Source of the DNA: Candidatus Aminicenantes bacterium
GTDB lineage: Bacteria > Acidobacteriota > Aminicenantia > Aminicenantales > UBA4085
Assembly (NCBI GenBank): GCA_003141555.1
Contig: PLMN01000015.1
Coordinates: 9,411-73,410, forward strand
Direction of reading: 5' to 3'
Length of the DNA: 64,000 bases
This document shows positions 1 to 10,751 of this stretch, in pieces. The number at the start of each line of letters is the position of its first letter. Within the stretch, counting starts at the first letter, position 1. Below the pieces are notes generated by a model. The model ran no database searches. It saw only the letters and a program-made list of their open reading frames with translations, and was not told the DNA's origin. The translations under genes and the position numbers were made by a program.

Positions 1-549
1 CGCGTCCTCAAGAACCGGAGAGCCGACCTCGAAGAGCTCGAGCGCGATCCGAAGCCGCTCGAGGCCGTGTCCCGGCCGTTCCCCCGGATCACCTACGATG
101 AGATCGTGCCCCGGCTCCAAGCCAAGGGCTCCCCGATCCAATACGGGGACGATTTCGGCGCTCCCGAGGAGGGCCTCATCTCCGAGATGTCCTCGAGCCC
201 GGTTTGCATCACCCACTTTCCGGCGGCTATCAAAGCCTTCTACATGCAACCGGACAAGGACCGGCCCGACCTGGCCCTGGGCGTCGACTTCATGGCGCCC
301 GAGAGCTACGGCGAGATCATCGGCGGAGGGCAGCGCATCCACGACCTCGAGCTCCTCGAGCGGAGGATCCGGGAACACAACCTGCCGCGCGAAGCGTATG
401 CCTGGTACATCGACCTCCGGAAATACGGGACGTTCCCCCACTCCGGATTCGGCCTGGGCGTCGAGCGGACGGTGTCCTGGATGTGCGGCATCAAGCACAT
501 CCGCGAAACCATTCCTTTCCCGCGGCTTCTGTATCGGATCTATCCCTGA
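1..549 (+). CDS. asnS: Asparagine--tRNA ligase, C-terminal part (5' end outside window)
   Basis: Frame open from base 1; class II aaRS motifs GEIIGGGQR and [22 protein letters not shown]...PFPR, typical of AsnRS. Confidence 0.9.
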   Translation, partial: RVLKNRRADLEELERDPKPLEAVSRPFPRITYDEIVPRLQAKGSPIQYGDDFGAPEEGLISEMSSSPVCITHFPAAIKAFYMQPDKDRPDLALGVDFMAPESYGEIIGGGQRIHDLELLERRIREHNLPREAYAWYIDLRKYGTFPHSGFGLGVERTVSWMCGIKHIRETIPFPRLLYRIYP

Positions 550-593
550 TGCCCTCCCGGCAGGGTCCCCGCGGCCCCGCCCCTCGAGCTCCC

Positions 594-1913
594 ATGACCA
601 AGATCGCCCTGATCACGTTCGGCTGCGCCAAGAACCTGGTCGACAGCGAAGTCATGGCCGGCTGCCTAGCCCAAGCCGGGTATGCTTTCGTCGACCGTCC
701 GGAAGCGGCCGACGTCATTCTCCTCAACACGTGCGGCTTCCTCCGGGCCTCGAAAGACGAGGCGGATGCGGCCATCTTGAACGCCCTGGCCCTCAAGCAT
801 CGGCGGCCCGGGCGCCGGGTCATCGTCGCCGGCTGTTATGTCGAGCGGAACCGGCCCGAGCTCGAGGCGAGGCATCCCGACGTCGATGCCTGGATCGGCG
901 TCCGGGACTTCGACCGGATCGCCGAGGTTATCGAAGGCCGCGCTTTTCGCGCCTCGGGCCGGACCTTCCTCTATGATGATGCGAGCCCGCGCGCCGTTTC
1001 GACGCCGGCCTCCTGGGCCTATCTCAAGATTTCCGAAGGGTGCTCCCACCGCTGCGCGTTTTGCGCCATCCCCCTGATCAAGGGCCCTTACCGTTCCCGG
1101 CCGGCCGCGTCGATCCTCCGGGAGGCCGGAGCGCTTGTCGGGCGTGGGGTGCTCGAGCTCGACCTCATTTCCCAGGACACGACATATTACGGCAAGGATC
1201 GAAACCGATCCTCGGGCCTGGCCGGCCTCGTTCGGAAAATCGTCGAGTGCCCGGGCCTGGCCTGGGTGCGTATCCTCTACGGCTATCCGGATGAAATCAC
1301 GGACGCCCTCCTGGATGTCATGCGCGATCCCAAAGTCGCCCCCTATCTCGATATCCCCTTCCAGCATTCCGATCCGGTCCTCGTCCGCCGCATGAGCCGG
1401 GCCATGCCCGGCCGCCGGGCCCTGAAGCTTCTCGAAAAAATCCGAAAAGCCCTGCCCGAAGCCGCGATCCGGACGTCCTTGATCGTCGGCTTTCCGGGAG
1501 AAGGACGCCGAGAGTTCGCCGGCCTCCGCGAATTCGTCCAAGAGGCGGCATTCGATCATCTGGGGGTCTTCACCTACTCTCGAGAGGAAGGTACGCCGGC
1601 CTACGGGTTCGGAGATTCCGTCCCGGAAGCGGAGAAACGGCTGCGGCGGGACGAAATTCTGGAGATGCAGGCGGCGATCTCGGCCCGAAAGCTCAGGGCC
1701 TGGAAGGGGCGGAAGATCGATGTCCTGGTTGAGGGGCCAGGGGAGGACGATCCGGGCGTGCTTGTCGGCCGCTCCAGTCGCCAGGCGCCCGAGGTCGACG
1801 GGGTTGTCTTCATCGACGGCGCGACGCGTCGCCCGGATGCGAAGCCCGGTCTCCTCAAAGTTGAAATCACCTCCGCGGGAGTATATGATCTTCGGGGAAA
1901 GCCGGCCTCATGA
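594..1913 (+). CDS. rimO: Ribosomal protein S12 methylthiotransferase
   Basis: TFGCAKNLVDSE N-terminus, YLKISEGCSHRCAFC (CxxxCxxC), C-terminal TRAM with APEVDG; start trimmed to ATG 594 (549 also in frame). Confidence 0.93.
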   Translation: MTKIALITFGCAKNLVDSEVMAGCLAQAGYAFVDRPEAADVILLNTCGFLRASKDEADAAILNALALKHRRPGRRVIVAGCYVERNRPELEARHPDVDAWIGVRDFDRIAEVIEGRAFRASGRTFLYDDASPRAVSTPASWAYLKISEGCSHRCAFCAIPLIKGPYRSRPAASILREAGALVGRGVLELDLISQDTTYYGKDRNRSSGLAGLVRKIVECPGLAWVRILYGYPDEITDALLDVMRDPKVAPYLDIPFQHSDPVLVRRMSRAMPGRRALKLLEKIRKALPEAAIRTSLIVGFPGEGRREFAGLREFVQEAAFDHLGVFTYSREEGTPAYGFGDSVPEAEKRLRRDEILEMQAAISARKLRAWKGRKIDVLVEGPGEDDPGVLVGRSSRQAPEVDGVVFIDGATRRPDAKPGLLKVEITSAGVYDLRGKPAS

Positions 1914-2359
1914 AGCTTCTCTCCAGGATCCTCGCCACTTTTTTCTGGACGGGCGAATTCCCGATTGTTCCGGGGACGGTGACGAGCTTCGCCGCCGCGC
2001 TTCTCTACAAAGCGATCCTTTTCCGGCTCTCGGGGCCGCTCTTCGCCGGCCTGATCGTAATCGCGTTTTTCGTCGGCGTGGCGGCGGCGGGCGTCCATGC
2101 CCGGACGCTGGGCGCCAAGGACCCCCGGCCCGTAACCATCGATGAAGCCTGCGGGCAGTGGATCGCCTGCTTCCTCGTGCCGCCCACGTGGGGGCTCACG
2201 GCCGCCGCCTTCTTCCTTTTCCGGGCTTTCGACATCCTGAAGCCGTTCCCGATCCGCAGGCTGGAGCGGCTGCCCGGCGGCTGGGGCATCATGGCCGACG
2301 ATGTTTTGGCCGGGATTTTCGCCGGGATCCTGGTCCAAGCCTATCTTCTTTTCCGATGA
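1910..2359 (+). CDS. pgpA: Phosphatidylglycerophosphatase A
   Basis: PGTVTS, DPRPVTIDEACG, FRAFDILKPFPI, GIMADDVLAG motifs. Confidence 0.92.
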   Translation: MKLLSRILATFFWTGEFPIVPGTVTSFAAALLYKAILFRLSGPLFAGLIVIAFFVGVAAAGVHARTLGAKDPRPVTIDEACGQWIACFLVPPTWGLTAAAFFLFRAFDILKPFPIRRLERLPGGWGIMADDVLAGIFAGILVQAYLLFR

Positions 2360-3603
2360 AGATCGAAATCCTGGCGATCGGCTCCGAGCTCCTGACGCCC
2401 TCCTTCGTCGATACGAATTCCCTCGAGCTGACCCGCCGGCTCAACGACCTCGGCCTCGATGTCGTCCGAAAGACGATCGTCGGAGATGAGGCCGAGGAGA
2501 TCGCCGCATGTGTCCGCGAGGCCGTCCGGCGAGCGGACGTCCTGATCATCATGGGCGGCCTCGGCCCCACCGAGGACGACAAGACGCGCGAGGCGTGCGC
2601 CGCGGCGCTGAATCGACCTCTCCTTTATAAGGCCGAGATCTACGAGTCGATTCGGGAGCGTTTTCTCCGCCGCGGGCGGGACCTTCCCCCGTCGAATGCC
2701 AAACAGGCTTTCGTCCTCGAGGGCGCCGACATCCTGCCCAATCCGAACGGAACTGCGCCGGGGCAGAGGCTCGTCGAGGGCGGCTGCGAGATCGTTCTTC
2801 TCCCCGGCCCCCCGAAGGAGCTGCTGCCGATGTTCGAGGACGCGGTCTGGCCTCGGCTCCGGGCCCGCGGCCACGGCTCGACCGGACGCCGCGTCCTCAA
2901 GATCACGGGGCTGGGGGAATCCGACGTGGATACGCGGATCGCCGACCTCTATCCCCCGCCCGGCCCCCTCCGGCTGACCATCCTCTCCTCTCTCGGCCAG
3001 ATCGAGCTCCACGTCACTGAGTTCTCCGCCGAGAAGGAGGCCGCCCTTTTTCCGAAGCTCGAGTCGCTCGCCGCGAAGCTCTTGGACCGGCTCGGCGATT
3101 TCGTCTATTCCGCGGCAGGCGAGGATCTGGAGACGGTCGTCGGCCGGCTCCTGAAAGCGGGCGGCGCGACGCTCGCCTGCGCCGAATCGTGCTCCGGCGG
3201 CCTCCTTTCCGGCCGGGTCACGAGTGTCCCTGGAAGCTCGGCTTATTTCAAGGAAGGCTTCGTCACCTACGCCAACGAGGCCAAGATCCGGGCGCTGGGC
3301 GTTCCCGGGGACCTGATCGCGAGCCGCGGCGCGGTGAGCGGCGAGGTCGCCGGGGCCATGGCCGAAGGCGCTCGCCGTGCGGCCGGCGCGGATTACGCCT
3401 TGGCCGTCACCGGGATCGCCGGGCCCGACGGCGGGACGCCCGACAAGCCCGTGGGCCTCGTCTTCACCGCCCTTTCCTGGAAGGGCGGCCTCGAAACCCA
3501 TAGGAGCATCTTCATCGGCCGGCGCGACCAAATTCGATTTCAAGCCGCGCAAAAAGCCCTCGACATCCTCCGCCGGCGCCTTTCGCGGCCCGAGGGAACA
3601 TGA
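2356..3603 (+). CDS. cinA: Competence/damage-inducible protein CinA (MoCF-binding domain plus PncC-like domain)
   Basis: EILAIGSELL...VDTNS, GGLGPTEDD, ACAESCSGG, TGIAGPDGG; ATGA overlap with pgpA. Confidence 0.92.
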   Translation: MKIEILAIGSELLTPSFVDTNSLELTRRLNDLGLDVVRKTIVGDEAEEIAACVREAVRRADVLIIMGGLGPTEDDKTREACAAALNRPLLYKAEIYESIRERFLRRGRDLPPSNAKQAFVLEGADILPNPNGTAPGQRLVEGGCEIVLLPGPPKELLPMFEDAVWPRLRARGHGSTGRRVLKITGLGESDVDTRIADLYPPPGPLRLTILSSLGQIELHVTEFSAEKEAALFPKLESLAAKLLDRLGDFVYSAAGEDLETVVGRLLKAGGATLACAESCSGGLLSGRVTSVPGSSAYFKEGFVTYANEAKIRALGVPGDLIASRGAVSGEVAGAMAEGARRAAGADYALAVTGIAGPDGGTPDKPVGLVFTALSWKGGLETHRSIFIGRRDQIRFQAAQKALDILRRRLSRPEGT

Positions 3604-3621
3604 TAAGATACGGTCTCGATC

Positions 3622-4182
3622 ATGAGAGCCTTCATCGCCGCGGACATGGACCCGAGCATCAAAGCGAGCCTCACGGACCTTCTCCGGAAACTGCGTTGGC
3701 ACGGCCCCAAGGGGATCAGCTGGGTCCGTGAGCCCGGCCTGCATATCACCCTCAAGTTCCTGGGAGATGTGGACGAGATCCTGACCGGCCGGATTGCCGC
3801 CGTTCTTGAGAGCGCGGCCCGGGCCGTCCCCGCGTTCCCGGTCGTGATTCGCGGCACCGGAACATTCCCCGGCGCCCCGCGGGCTCCGCGCGTCCTGTGG
3901 GCGGGTACCGACGAGCCCGCCGCGTTCAGCGAGCTCTTCGCCCGCCTCGAGGCGGGGCTGGCGGGCTTGGGCTTTGAGCCTGAATCACGCCCCTTCCATC
4001 CCCATCTGACGCTCGGACGGGTCAAGAACCCGACCGGCATTCACGACGCGATCGTCGAGCTCGAGCGGGCCAAGGACGCCGAGTTCGGATCGATGACCGT
4101 CGGGGCGATCACCCTTTTTCAAAGCATCCTGAAGCCGGACGGCGCGGTCTATTCCGTACTCGGCGAGGCCCGCCTGTCATGA
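3622..4182 (+). CDS. thpR: RNA 2',3'-cyclic phosphodiesterase (2'-5' RNA ligase family)
   Basis: Two HxT motifs (LHITLKFLG, PHLTLGR), RVLWAG. Confidence 0.9.
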   Translation: MRAFIAADMDPSIKASLTDLLRKLRWHGPKGISWVREPGLHITLKFLGDVDEILTGRIAAVLESAARAVPAFPVVIRGTGTFPGAPRAPRVLWAGTDEPAAFSELFARLEAGLAGLGFEPESRPFHPHLTLGRVKNPTGIHDAIVELERAKDAEFGSMTVGAITLFQSILKPDGAVYSVLGEARLS

Positions 4183-4778
4183 AGATCCTATTCGCCGTCC
4201 TGGCCTACCTCGTCGGCTCGATCCCGTCCGGCTACCTCCTTTTCCGGGCCAGCGAAAAGAAGGATATCCGCCAGTTCGGCAGCCGGGCGACCGGGGCGAC
4301 AAACGTCCTCCGGCTGAAGGGCTGGAAGCTCGCCGTCCCCGTGGCGCTCATCGACATCTTGAAGGGCTTCCTACCCGCCTTCCTGGCGCTCAAGCTCTTC
4401 GCCGATCCCGCCCTGGCCGCGGTCTCGGCGTCGGCGGCGGTTCTCGGCCATTGCTTTCCGGTCTACATCGGCTTCAAGGGCGGGAAGGGCGTGGCCACGG
4501 GCGCGGGGGCCATGTTTGCCCTCGCCCCGCTCGCCGCGGCGTTCAGTCTGGTCGTGTTCGTGGCGGTCATCGCCCTGACCCGCTATGTCTCCCTGGGATC
4601 GATCGTCGGCGCCCTCCTTTTTCCCCTGTTCATGGCCCTCCTTGGGTTCCCGAAGCTTCTGATCGAGCTGAGCCTGCCTATCCTGTTCATCATCCTGGTT
4701 CGACACGCCGGGAACATCGGCCGGCTGCTTTCGGGCAGGGAGCGGAAATTCGGACAGAAGGCGGAGGCGGGCAAATGA
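4179..4778 (+). CDS. plsY: Glycerol-3-phosphate acyltransferase
   Basis: YLVGSIPSG, GATNVLR, GHCFPV...KGGKGVAT, RHAGNI. Confidence 0.93.
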   Translation: MKILFAVLAYLVGSIPSGYLLFRASEKKDIRQFGSRATGATNVLRLKGWKLAVPVALIDILKGFLPAFLALKLFADPALAAVSASAAVLGHCFPVYIGFKGGKGVATGAGAMFALAPLAAAFSLVVFVAVIALTRYVSLGSIVGALLFPLFMALLGFPKLLIELSLPILFIILVRHAGNIGRLLSGRERKFGQKAEAGK

Positions 4779-5770
4779 GGGCGAGCGTCATCGGCGGCGG
4801 CAGCTGGGGCTCGGCTTTCGCCCTGCACCTCGGCCGGATCGGCGTTCCGACGCGCCTCTGGATCCGCGAGGCCGACATCCACGCCGCCGCGGTCCGAGAG
4901 CGCGAGAACAAGACGTTCCTTCCCGGCTTCCCTTTCCCGCCCGAAGTGACGTTCCACCGGGACCTGGCCGAGAGCGCGGCCGGGGCGGACCTCGTCTTCA
5001 TCGCCATCCCATCCGCGTACTTCCGGAGGGTCCTGATCCGGCTTGCTCCGGCCATCGGTCCGGAACAAGGCGTGATCAGCCTGACCAAGGGCTTGGAAAC
5101 GACGTCCTTGCGGCGGATGAGCGAGGTCATGGCCGAGGTCTTTTCCCCGAAGGGCGGCTCCCGGATCGGCGTCCTGTCCGGGCCGAGTTTTTCCCGGGAA
5201 GTGGCCCAAGGCTTTCCGACGGCCATCGTCCTCGCCTCGCGCCACGCCGCCTGGGCGAGAGGAGTCCAATCCCGGATCGCCGGCCCCGCCCTCCGGATCT
5301 ACGTCAGCGGCGATGTCGCGGGGGTGGAGATCGCGGGCGCCTTGAAAAATGTGATCGCCATTGCGACCGGCATCAGCGACGCGCTCGGCTTCGGCCACGA
5401 CGCCCGGGCGGCGCTCATAACCCGGGGGCTGGCCGAAATTTCCCGCCTCGGGGCCGCCTTGGGCGCCAAGCGCGGGACGTTCTCCGGGCTGGCCGGGATC
5501 GGGGACCTGGTGCTGACCTGCACCGGCGCGCTGAGCCGCAACCGCACGGTCGGGGTCGAGCTCGGCCGCGGGCGGCCTCTCTCGGTGATCGTGGCCGACA
5601 TGCGCATGGTTGCCGAAGGCATCGCCACGACCCTCTCGGCCAGGCGGTTGGCCCGGCGGGAGGGCGTCGAGATGCCGATCACGGAACAAGTGTACCAGAT
5701 TCTTTATCACGCCAAAGCCCCGCGCCGGGCACTAGCCGACCTGATGGCCAGGTCGCTCAAAGACGAATAA
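4775..5770 (+). CDS. gpsA: NAD(P)H-dependent glycerol-3-phosphate dehydrogenase
   Basis: IGGGSWG Rossmann motif, LSGPSFS, GALKNVIAI, GIGDLVLTC...SRN. Confidence 0.93.
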   Translation: MRASVIGGGSWGSAFALHLGRIGVPTRLWIREADIHAAAVRERENKTFLPGFPFPPEVTFHRDLAESAAGADLVFIAIPSAYFRRVLIRLAPAIGPEQGVISLTKGLETTSLRRMSEVMAEVFSPKGGSRIGVLSGPSFSREVAQGFPTAIVLASRHAAWARGVQSRIAGPALRIYVSGDVAGVEIAGALKNVIAIATGISDALGFGHDARAALITRGLAEISRLGAALGAKRGTFSGLAGIGDLVLTCTGALSRNRTVGVELGRGRPLSVIVADMRMVAEGIATTLSARRLARREGVEMPITEQVYQILYHAKAPRRALADLMARSLKDE

Positions 5771-5783
5771 AGAGAGGTTCGCC

Positions 5784-6599
5784 ATGAGAACGAAGATCCT
5801 TGCCCTCCTGTCGATCGCCACCCTCCTCGCAGCCTGTACGCCGACGCCGGCCCAAGTCCAGGCCCAGAAGGAGAAGGATCCGCAGTACCAGTACGAGAGA
5901 GCTGTGGTCTGCATGCAGTACGGCATCCCGGACGAGGCCTTCAAGTACTTGAACCAAGCCCTCGCCCTCGACCCGGGCCATTATCTCTCGCAGAACCTGC
6001 TGGGCCTGGCCCACATGATCAAGGGCAATCTGGGCGAGGCGATCAAGGCCTTCCGGGCCTGCATCGCCCTGGCGCCGGCGAACTTCTCCGAGGTGTACAA
6101 CAACCTCGGCACCGCCCTCCAGGAATCCAATCAGGCCGGCGACGCGGAAGCGGCTTTCAAGAAGGCCTTCGCCATCGACCAGAACTACAACGCCAGCTAC
6201 AATCTGGCGAAGATATACTTCGAGCAGAACAAGCTCGAGCCGGCCCTCGAGGCCGTCCGCTCGTCGCTTCAGAAATACGACCGGTCGCTCCTTGCCTGGA
6301 ATCTTGAAGGGCTGATCCTGGAAAACCAAGAGCGCTACGATGATGCCGTCGCCTGCTTCCTGCAGGCGCTCAAGATCGTTCCAGCCGAGCCGAACGTGAG
6401 CTACAACCTGGCCTCGGCATATTATCGGGGCGGGCAGATCGAGCGGGCGAAGGAGATCCTGGAAAAGACGCGCATCGCCCTCGAAAAAACGCCTCCTCTC
6501 CGGGCGCAAGGCCAGGGCCAAAACCAGGGGGGCCAGACGAACGAAGAGGTCCGGAAGCGCATCCTGGAGCTCTTGAAGAAGATCGCCGAGAAGAAATAG
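5784..6599 (+). CDS. TPR-repeat lipoprotein (loosely PilF/PilW-like)
   Basis: Lipobox LLAAC; repeated TPR patterns (YNNLG, YNLA, WNLEG); Q/G-rich linker near the C-terminus. Confidence 0.75.
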   Translation: MRTKILALLSIATLLAACTPTPAQVQAQKEKDPQYQYERAVVCMQYGIPDEAFKYLNQALALDPGHYLSQNLLGLAHMIKGNLGEAIKAFRACIALAPANFSEVYNNLGTALQESNQAGDAEAAFKKAFAIDQNYNASYNLAKIYFEQNKLEPALEAVRSSLQKYDRSLLAWNLEGLILENQERYDDAVACFLQALKIVPAEPNVSYNLASAYYRGGQIERAKEILEKTRIALEKTPPLRAQGQGQNQGGQTNEEVRKRILELLKKIAEKK

Positions 6600-6609
6600 G
6601 GACTGCGGT

Positions 6610-7959
<1,350 letters not shown>

Positions 7960-7961
7960 CT

Positions 7962-8029
7962 AAATTAGCACATCCGCCGAGGCATTGCAACGCGCGCATA
8001 TTGAAAACACGCGCGCGATTGCATAGAGT
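7962..8029. promoter_or_regulatory. Divergent sigma70-like promoters for ahcY and the peptidase gene
   Basis: Minus: TTGCAA(7990-7985)-17-TAATTT(7967-7962). Plus: TTGAAA(8001-8006)-17-TAGAGT(8024-8029). Confidence 0.55.
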
Positions 8030-8089
8030 GGAGCTCGCCCGTGCGTCTCGATGTCTCTCGGCTATTCGTCCTTGAAGGAGCGCCCCGTC

Positions 8090-10741
8090 ATGAACAAGAA
8101 CCGGATCCTCTCCGCCGCCCTGGCCGCCGCGTTCGCCCTCGCCCCGGCCGCCCGGAGCCAAACGAAACCCGCGCCCGTCCGTCCGGACGGCCTCCGGGCC
8201 TATGAGCACATCAAGGTCCTCGCCGCCGCCGAGATGAGGGGCCGCAAATCCGGGAACCCCGAATACATGAGGGCCGCCGAATATGTGGCCGCCCGGATGA
8301 AGGAGTATGGCCTCAAGCCCGGGGGAGAGAACGGCACCTATTTCCAGACCGTCCCGTTCAAGTCGTTTTCCGATTTCGTCCCGCCCATCCGGCTCGACGT
8401 CCTTTCGCCCCAGAAGCGGTCGTACGTGCCGGGGCGGGGCCGCGACTTCAACCCGGTCGGCGGGACGGGCTCGGGCCTCGCCCGGGGCGCCCTGGCCTTC
8501 GCGGGATACGGCGTCGTCGACGCGAAGAGCGGCTGGGACGACTACGCCCGGATCGACCCGAAGGGAAAAATCCTGATCCTGATGCCCGAGACACCGGCCG
8601 CGCTCGACGACGAGGCCCAGCGCCTCTGGACGCTCGCTAAAAAGGTTCAGACGGCCGCCGAGAAGGGCGCCGTGGGGCTCATCGAAATGGACTTCGCCGA
8701 GCCCATCGCCCGGATGGGCGGATCCTCGCTCGCGCCGGGCGCCTGCCCTCCAAATTTCGTGGTCCTCCGCGCCGGGCGCAACTTCTGCGACGATGTGTTC
8801 TACATGGTCCGGTCGAGCTGGCGCGACCTCGTCAGCAAGACGCTTCGGCTGAAGAGCTCCTATACGGCCGACCTCGATGTCGCCGCCGAAATCGAGGCCC
8901 ATTTCGTCCGCGAGGAGCGGACGGCGGTCAACGTCCTGGGCGTCATCCCGGGGACGGACCCCAAGCTCAAAGCCGAGACGATCATCATGGGCGGCCACCT
9001 CGACCATCTGGGCGTCGCTCTCGACGGTTTCATCTATCCAGGCGCCGACGACAACGCGACCTCGGTCGCGTGCACGCTCGAAACGGCGCGGGCCCTGATC
9101 GCGTCCGGTTTCAAGCCCGCTCGGACCCTGGTCTTCGCCTCGTGGGCGGGCGAGGAGGTCGGCACGGTCGGCTCGCGCTATTATGTCGAGCATCCGACCT
9201 TCCCGCTCGAGACGACTGTCCTATATCTTAACATCGACATGGTTGGCCTCGGCGATACCGACCTTTACGTGGGCGGCATGTTCGAGTACGGCGGCCTGTT
9301 CGAGCTCGTCAAGGCCGCCCTCGACGAGCCGATGCGGGCGAAACTCCGCCCGCGGCTCAATTACCGCGGCTCGGACCATTCGACCTTCTGGGACAAGGGC
9401 GTCGCCTCGATCAGCCTCCGCTCCGGGAATATCCTGACGAACGCCCTCGACGACGAGCATCCCGAATACCACCGGCCCGGCGACCTGGGCTCGCTGATCG
9501 AACCGGAGCTGCTCCGCCTGGCTTCGCAGTACCATTACGACATCCTACGGAGCCTGGCCGTCACGCGCGCCAACCTGCGCGATCCGCGCTTCCGGGCCGA
9601 GTTCGTCCACAAGGACGCGGTCGTCGTCGACCTGCACTGCGATACGATCGGTCGGGTCCTGGCCGGCGAGGACCTCCGCCAGGACCTGCCCAAGGGCCAC
9701 ATCGACATCCCCAAGCTCAAGCGGGGCGCCGTGGACCTCCAGGTGTTCGCCTGCTTCGTCGCTCCGCCGGCGAACGACGCGGAGAAGACCCAAGCCGCCA
9801 AAAAGGCTTTCGACCAGATCGAGGCCTGTTACAAGCTGGCCGCCGAGAATCCCTCCGACCTGGAAATCGTCCGCTCCCCCGAGGACGTCGCCAGGGTTCG
9901 GAACACAGGCCGGACGGGGATGCTGATCGGCATCGAAGGCGGTTATGCCATCGAGAACGACCTGAGCCTCCTCCGGGCGTACCACCGGGCCGGCGTTCGG
10001 CTCATGACCCTGACCCATTGGACGCGCACGGACTGGGCCGATGCCTCGGGCGACGCGGCGGCGGAGCTCGGCGGTTTGACGGCGTTCGGCGAGAGCGTCG
10101 TCAAGGAGATGAACCGACTGGGGATGGTCGTCGACGTATCGCATGCCCACGACGAGACATTCTGGGACGTCATCCGGGTCGCGCAGGCGCCGATCGTGGC
10201 CTCGCACTCGTGCTGCCGGGCGCTGTCGGACCACCACCGCAACATGAGCGACGACATGCTCAAGGCCCTGGCCAAGAACGGGGGGATGATCGGCATCAAC
10301 TTCATGCCCGGGTTCCTGAATGCGGAGAACGACCGCAAGCGGAGCGGGCTCCTGGCCGAGGTCGCCCGGAAATACGGGTTGCCGCCTGAATACGCCGACC
10401 TCATGAAAGCCGAGACCGGGGTCCGGGACAAATGCCTGGCCGAATACAAGGCCCGCCTGGCCGAGCTCAATAAAACTCTGCCTGTCGTCGACGTCAAAAC
10501 GCTCGTGGACCATATCGATCACGTGGTCAAGGTCACCGGGAACACGGACTCCGTCGGCCTCGGATCGGATTTCGACGGGATCTCCGAGACGCCGGCGGGC
10601 CTGGAGAACGCGGGCGAGCTGGGGGCGATTACGAGCGAGCTCCTGGCGCGCGGCTATAAGGAAGCCGACGTCCGGAAGATCCTGGGCGGAAACTTCCTGC
10701 GGGTGTTCGCCGCCGTCCAGAAAGCGGCGGCCAAGAACTGA
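8090..10741 (+). CDS. Secreted fusion of a PA-domain M28 peptidase and an M19 membrane dipeptidase
   Basis: Signal peptide; M28 motifs GHLDH, GADDNA, GEE, NIDMVG, SDH, YHRPGD; M19 motifs DLHCDT, GIEGG, DVSH, SHS, HIDH, GSDFDG; SD AAGGAG. Confidence 0.85.
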   Translation: MNKNRILSAALAAAFALAPAARSQTKPAPVRPDGLRAYEHIKVLAAAEMRGRKSGNPEYMRAAEYVAARMKEYGLKPGGENGTYFQTVPFKSFSDFVPPIRLDVLSPQKRSYVPGRGRDFNPVGGTGSGLARGALAFAGYGVVDAKSGWDDYARIDPKGKILILMPETPAALDDEAQRLWTLAKKVQTAAEKGAVGLIEMDFAEPIARMGGSSLAPGACPPNFVVLRAGRNFCDDVFYMVRSSWRDLVSKTLRLKSSYTADLDVAAEIEAHFVREERTAVNVLGVIPGTDPKLKAETIIMGGHLDHLGVALDGFIYPGADDNATSVACTLETARALIASGFKPARTLVFASWAGEEVGTVGSRYYVEHPTFPLETTVLYLNIDMVGLGDTDLYVGGMFEYGGLFELVKAALDEPMRAKLRPRLNYRGSDHSTFWDKGVASISLRSGNILTNALDDEHPEYHRPGDLGSLIEPELLRLASQYHYDILRSLAVTRANLRDPRFRAEFVHKDAVVVDLHCDTIGRVLAGEDLRQDLPKGHIDIPKLKRGAVDLQVFACFVAPPANDAEKTQAAKKAFDQIEACYKLAAENPSDLEIVRSPEDVARVRNTGRTGMLIGIEGGYAIENDLSLLRAYHRAGVRLMTLTHWTRTDWADASGDAAAELGGLTAFGESVVKEMNRLGMVVDVSHAHDETFWDVIRVAQAPIVASHSCCRALSDHHRNMSDDMLKALAKNGGMIGINFMPGFLNAENDRKRSGLLAEVARKYGLPPEYADLMKAETGVRDKCLAEYKARLAELNKTLPVVDVKTLVDHIDHVVKVTGNTDSVGLGSDFDGISETPAGLENAGELGAITSELLARGYKEADVRKILGGNFLRVFAAVQKAAAKN

Positions 10742-10751
10742 GGAGGCGGCC

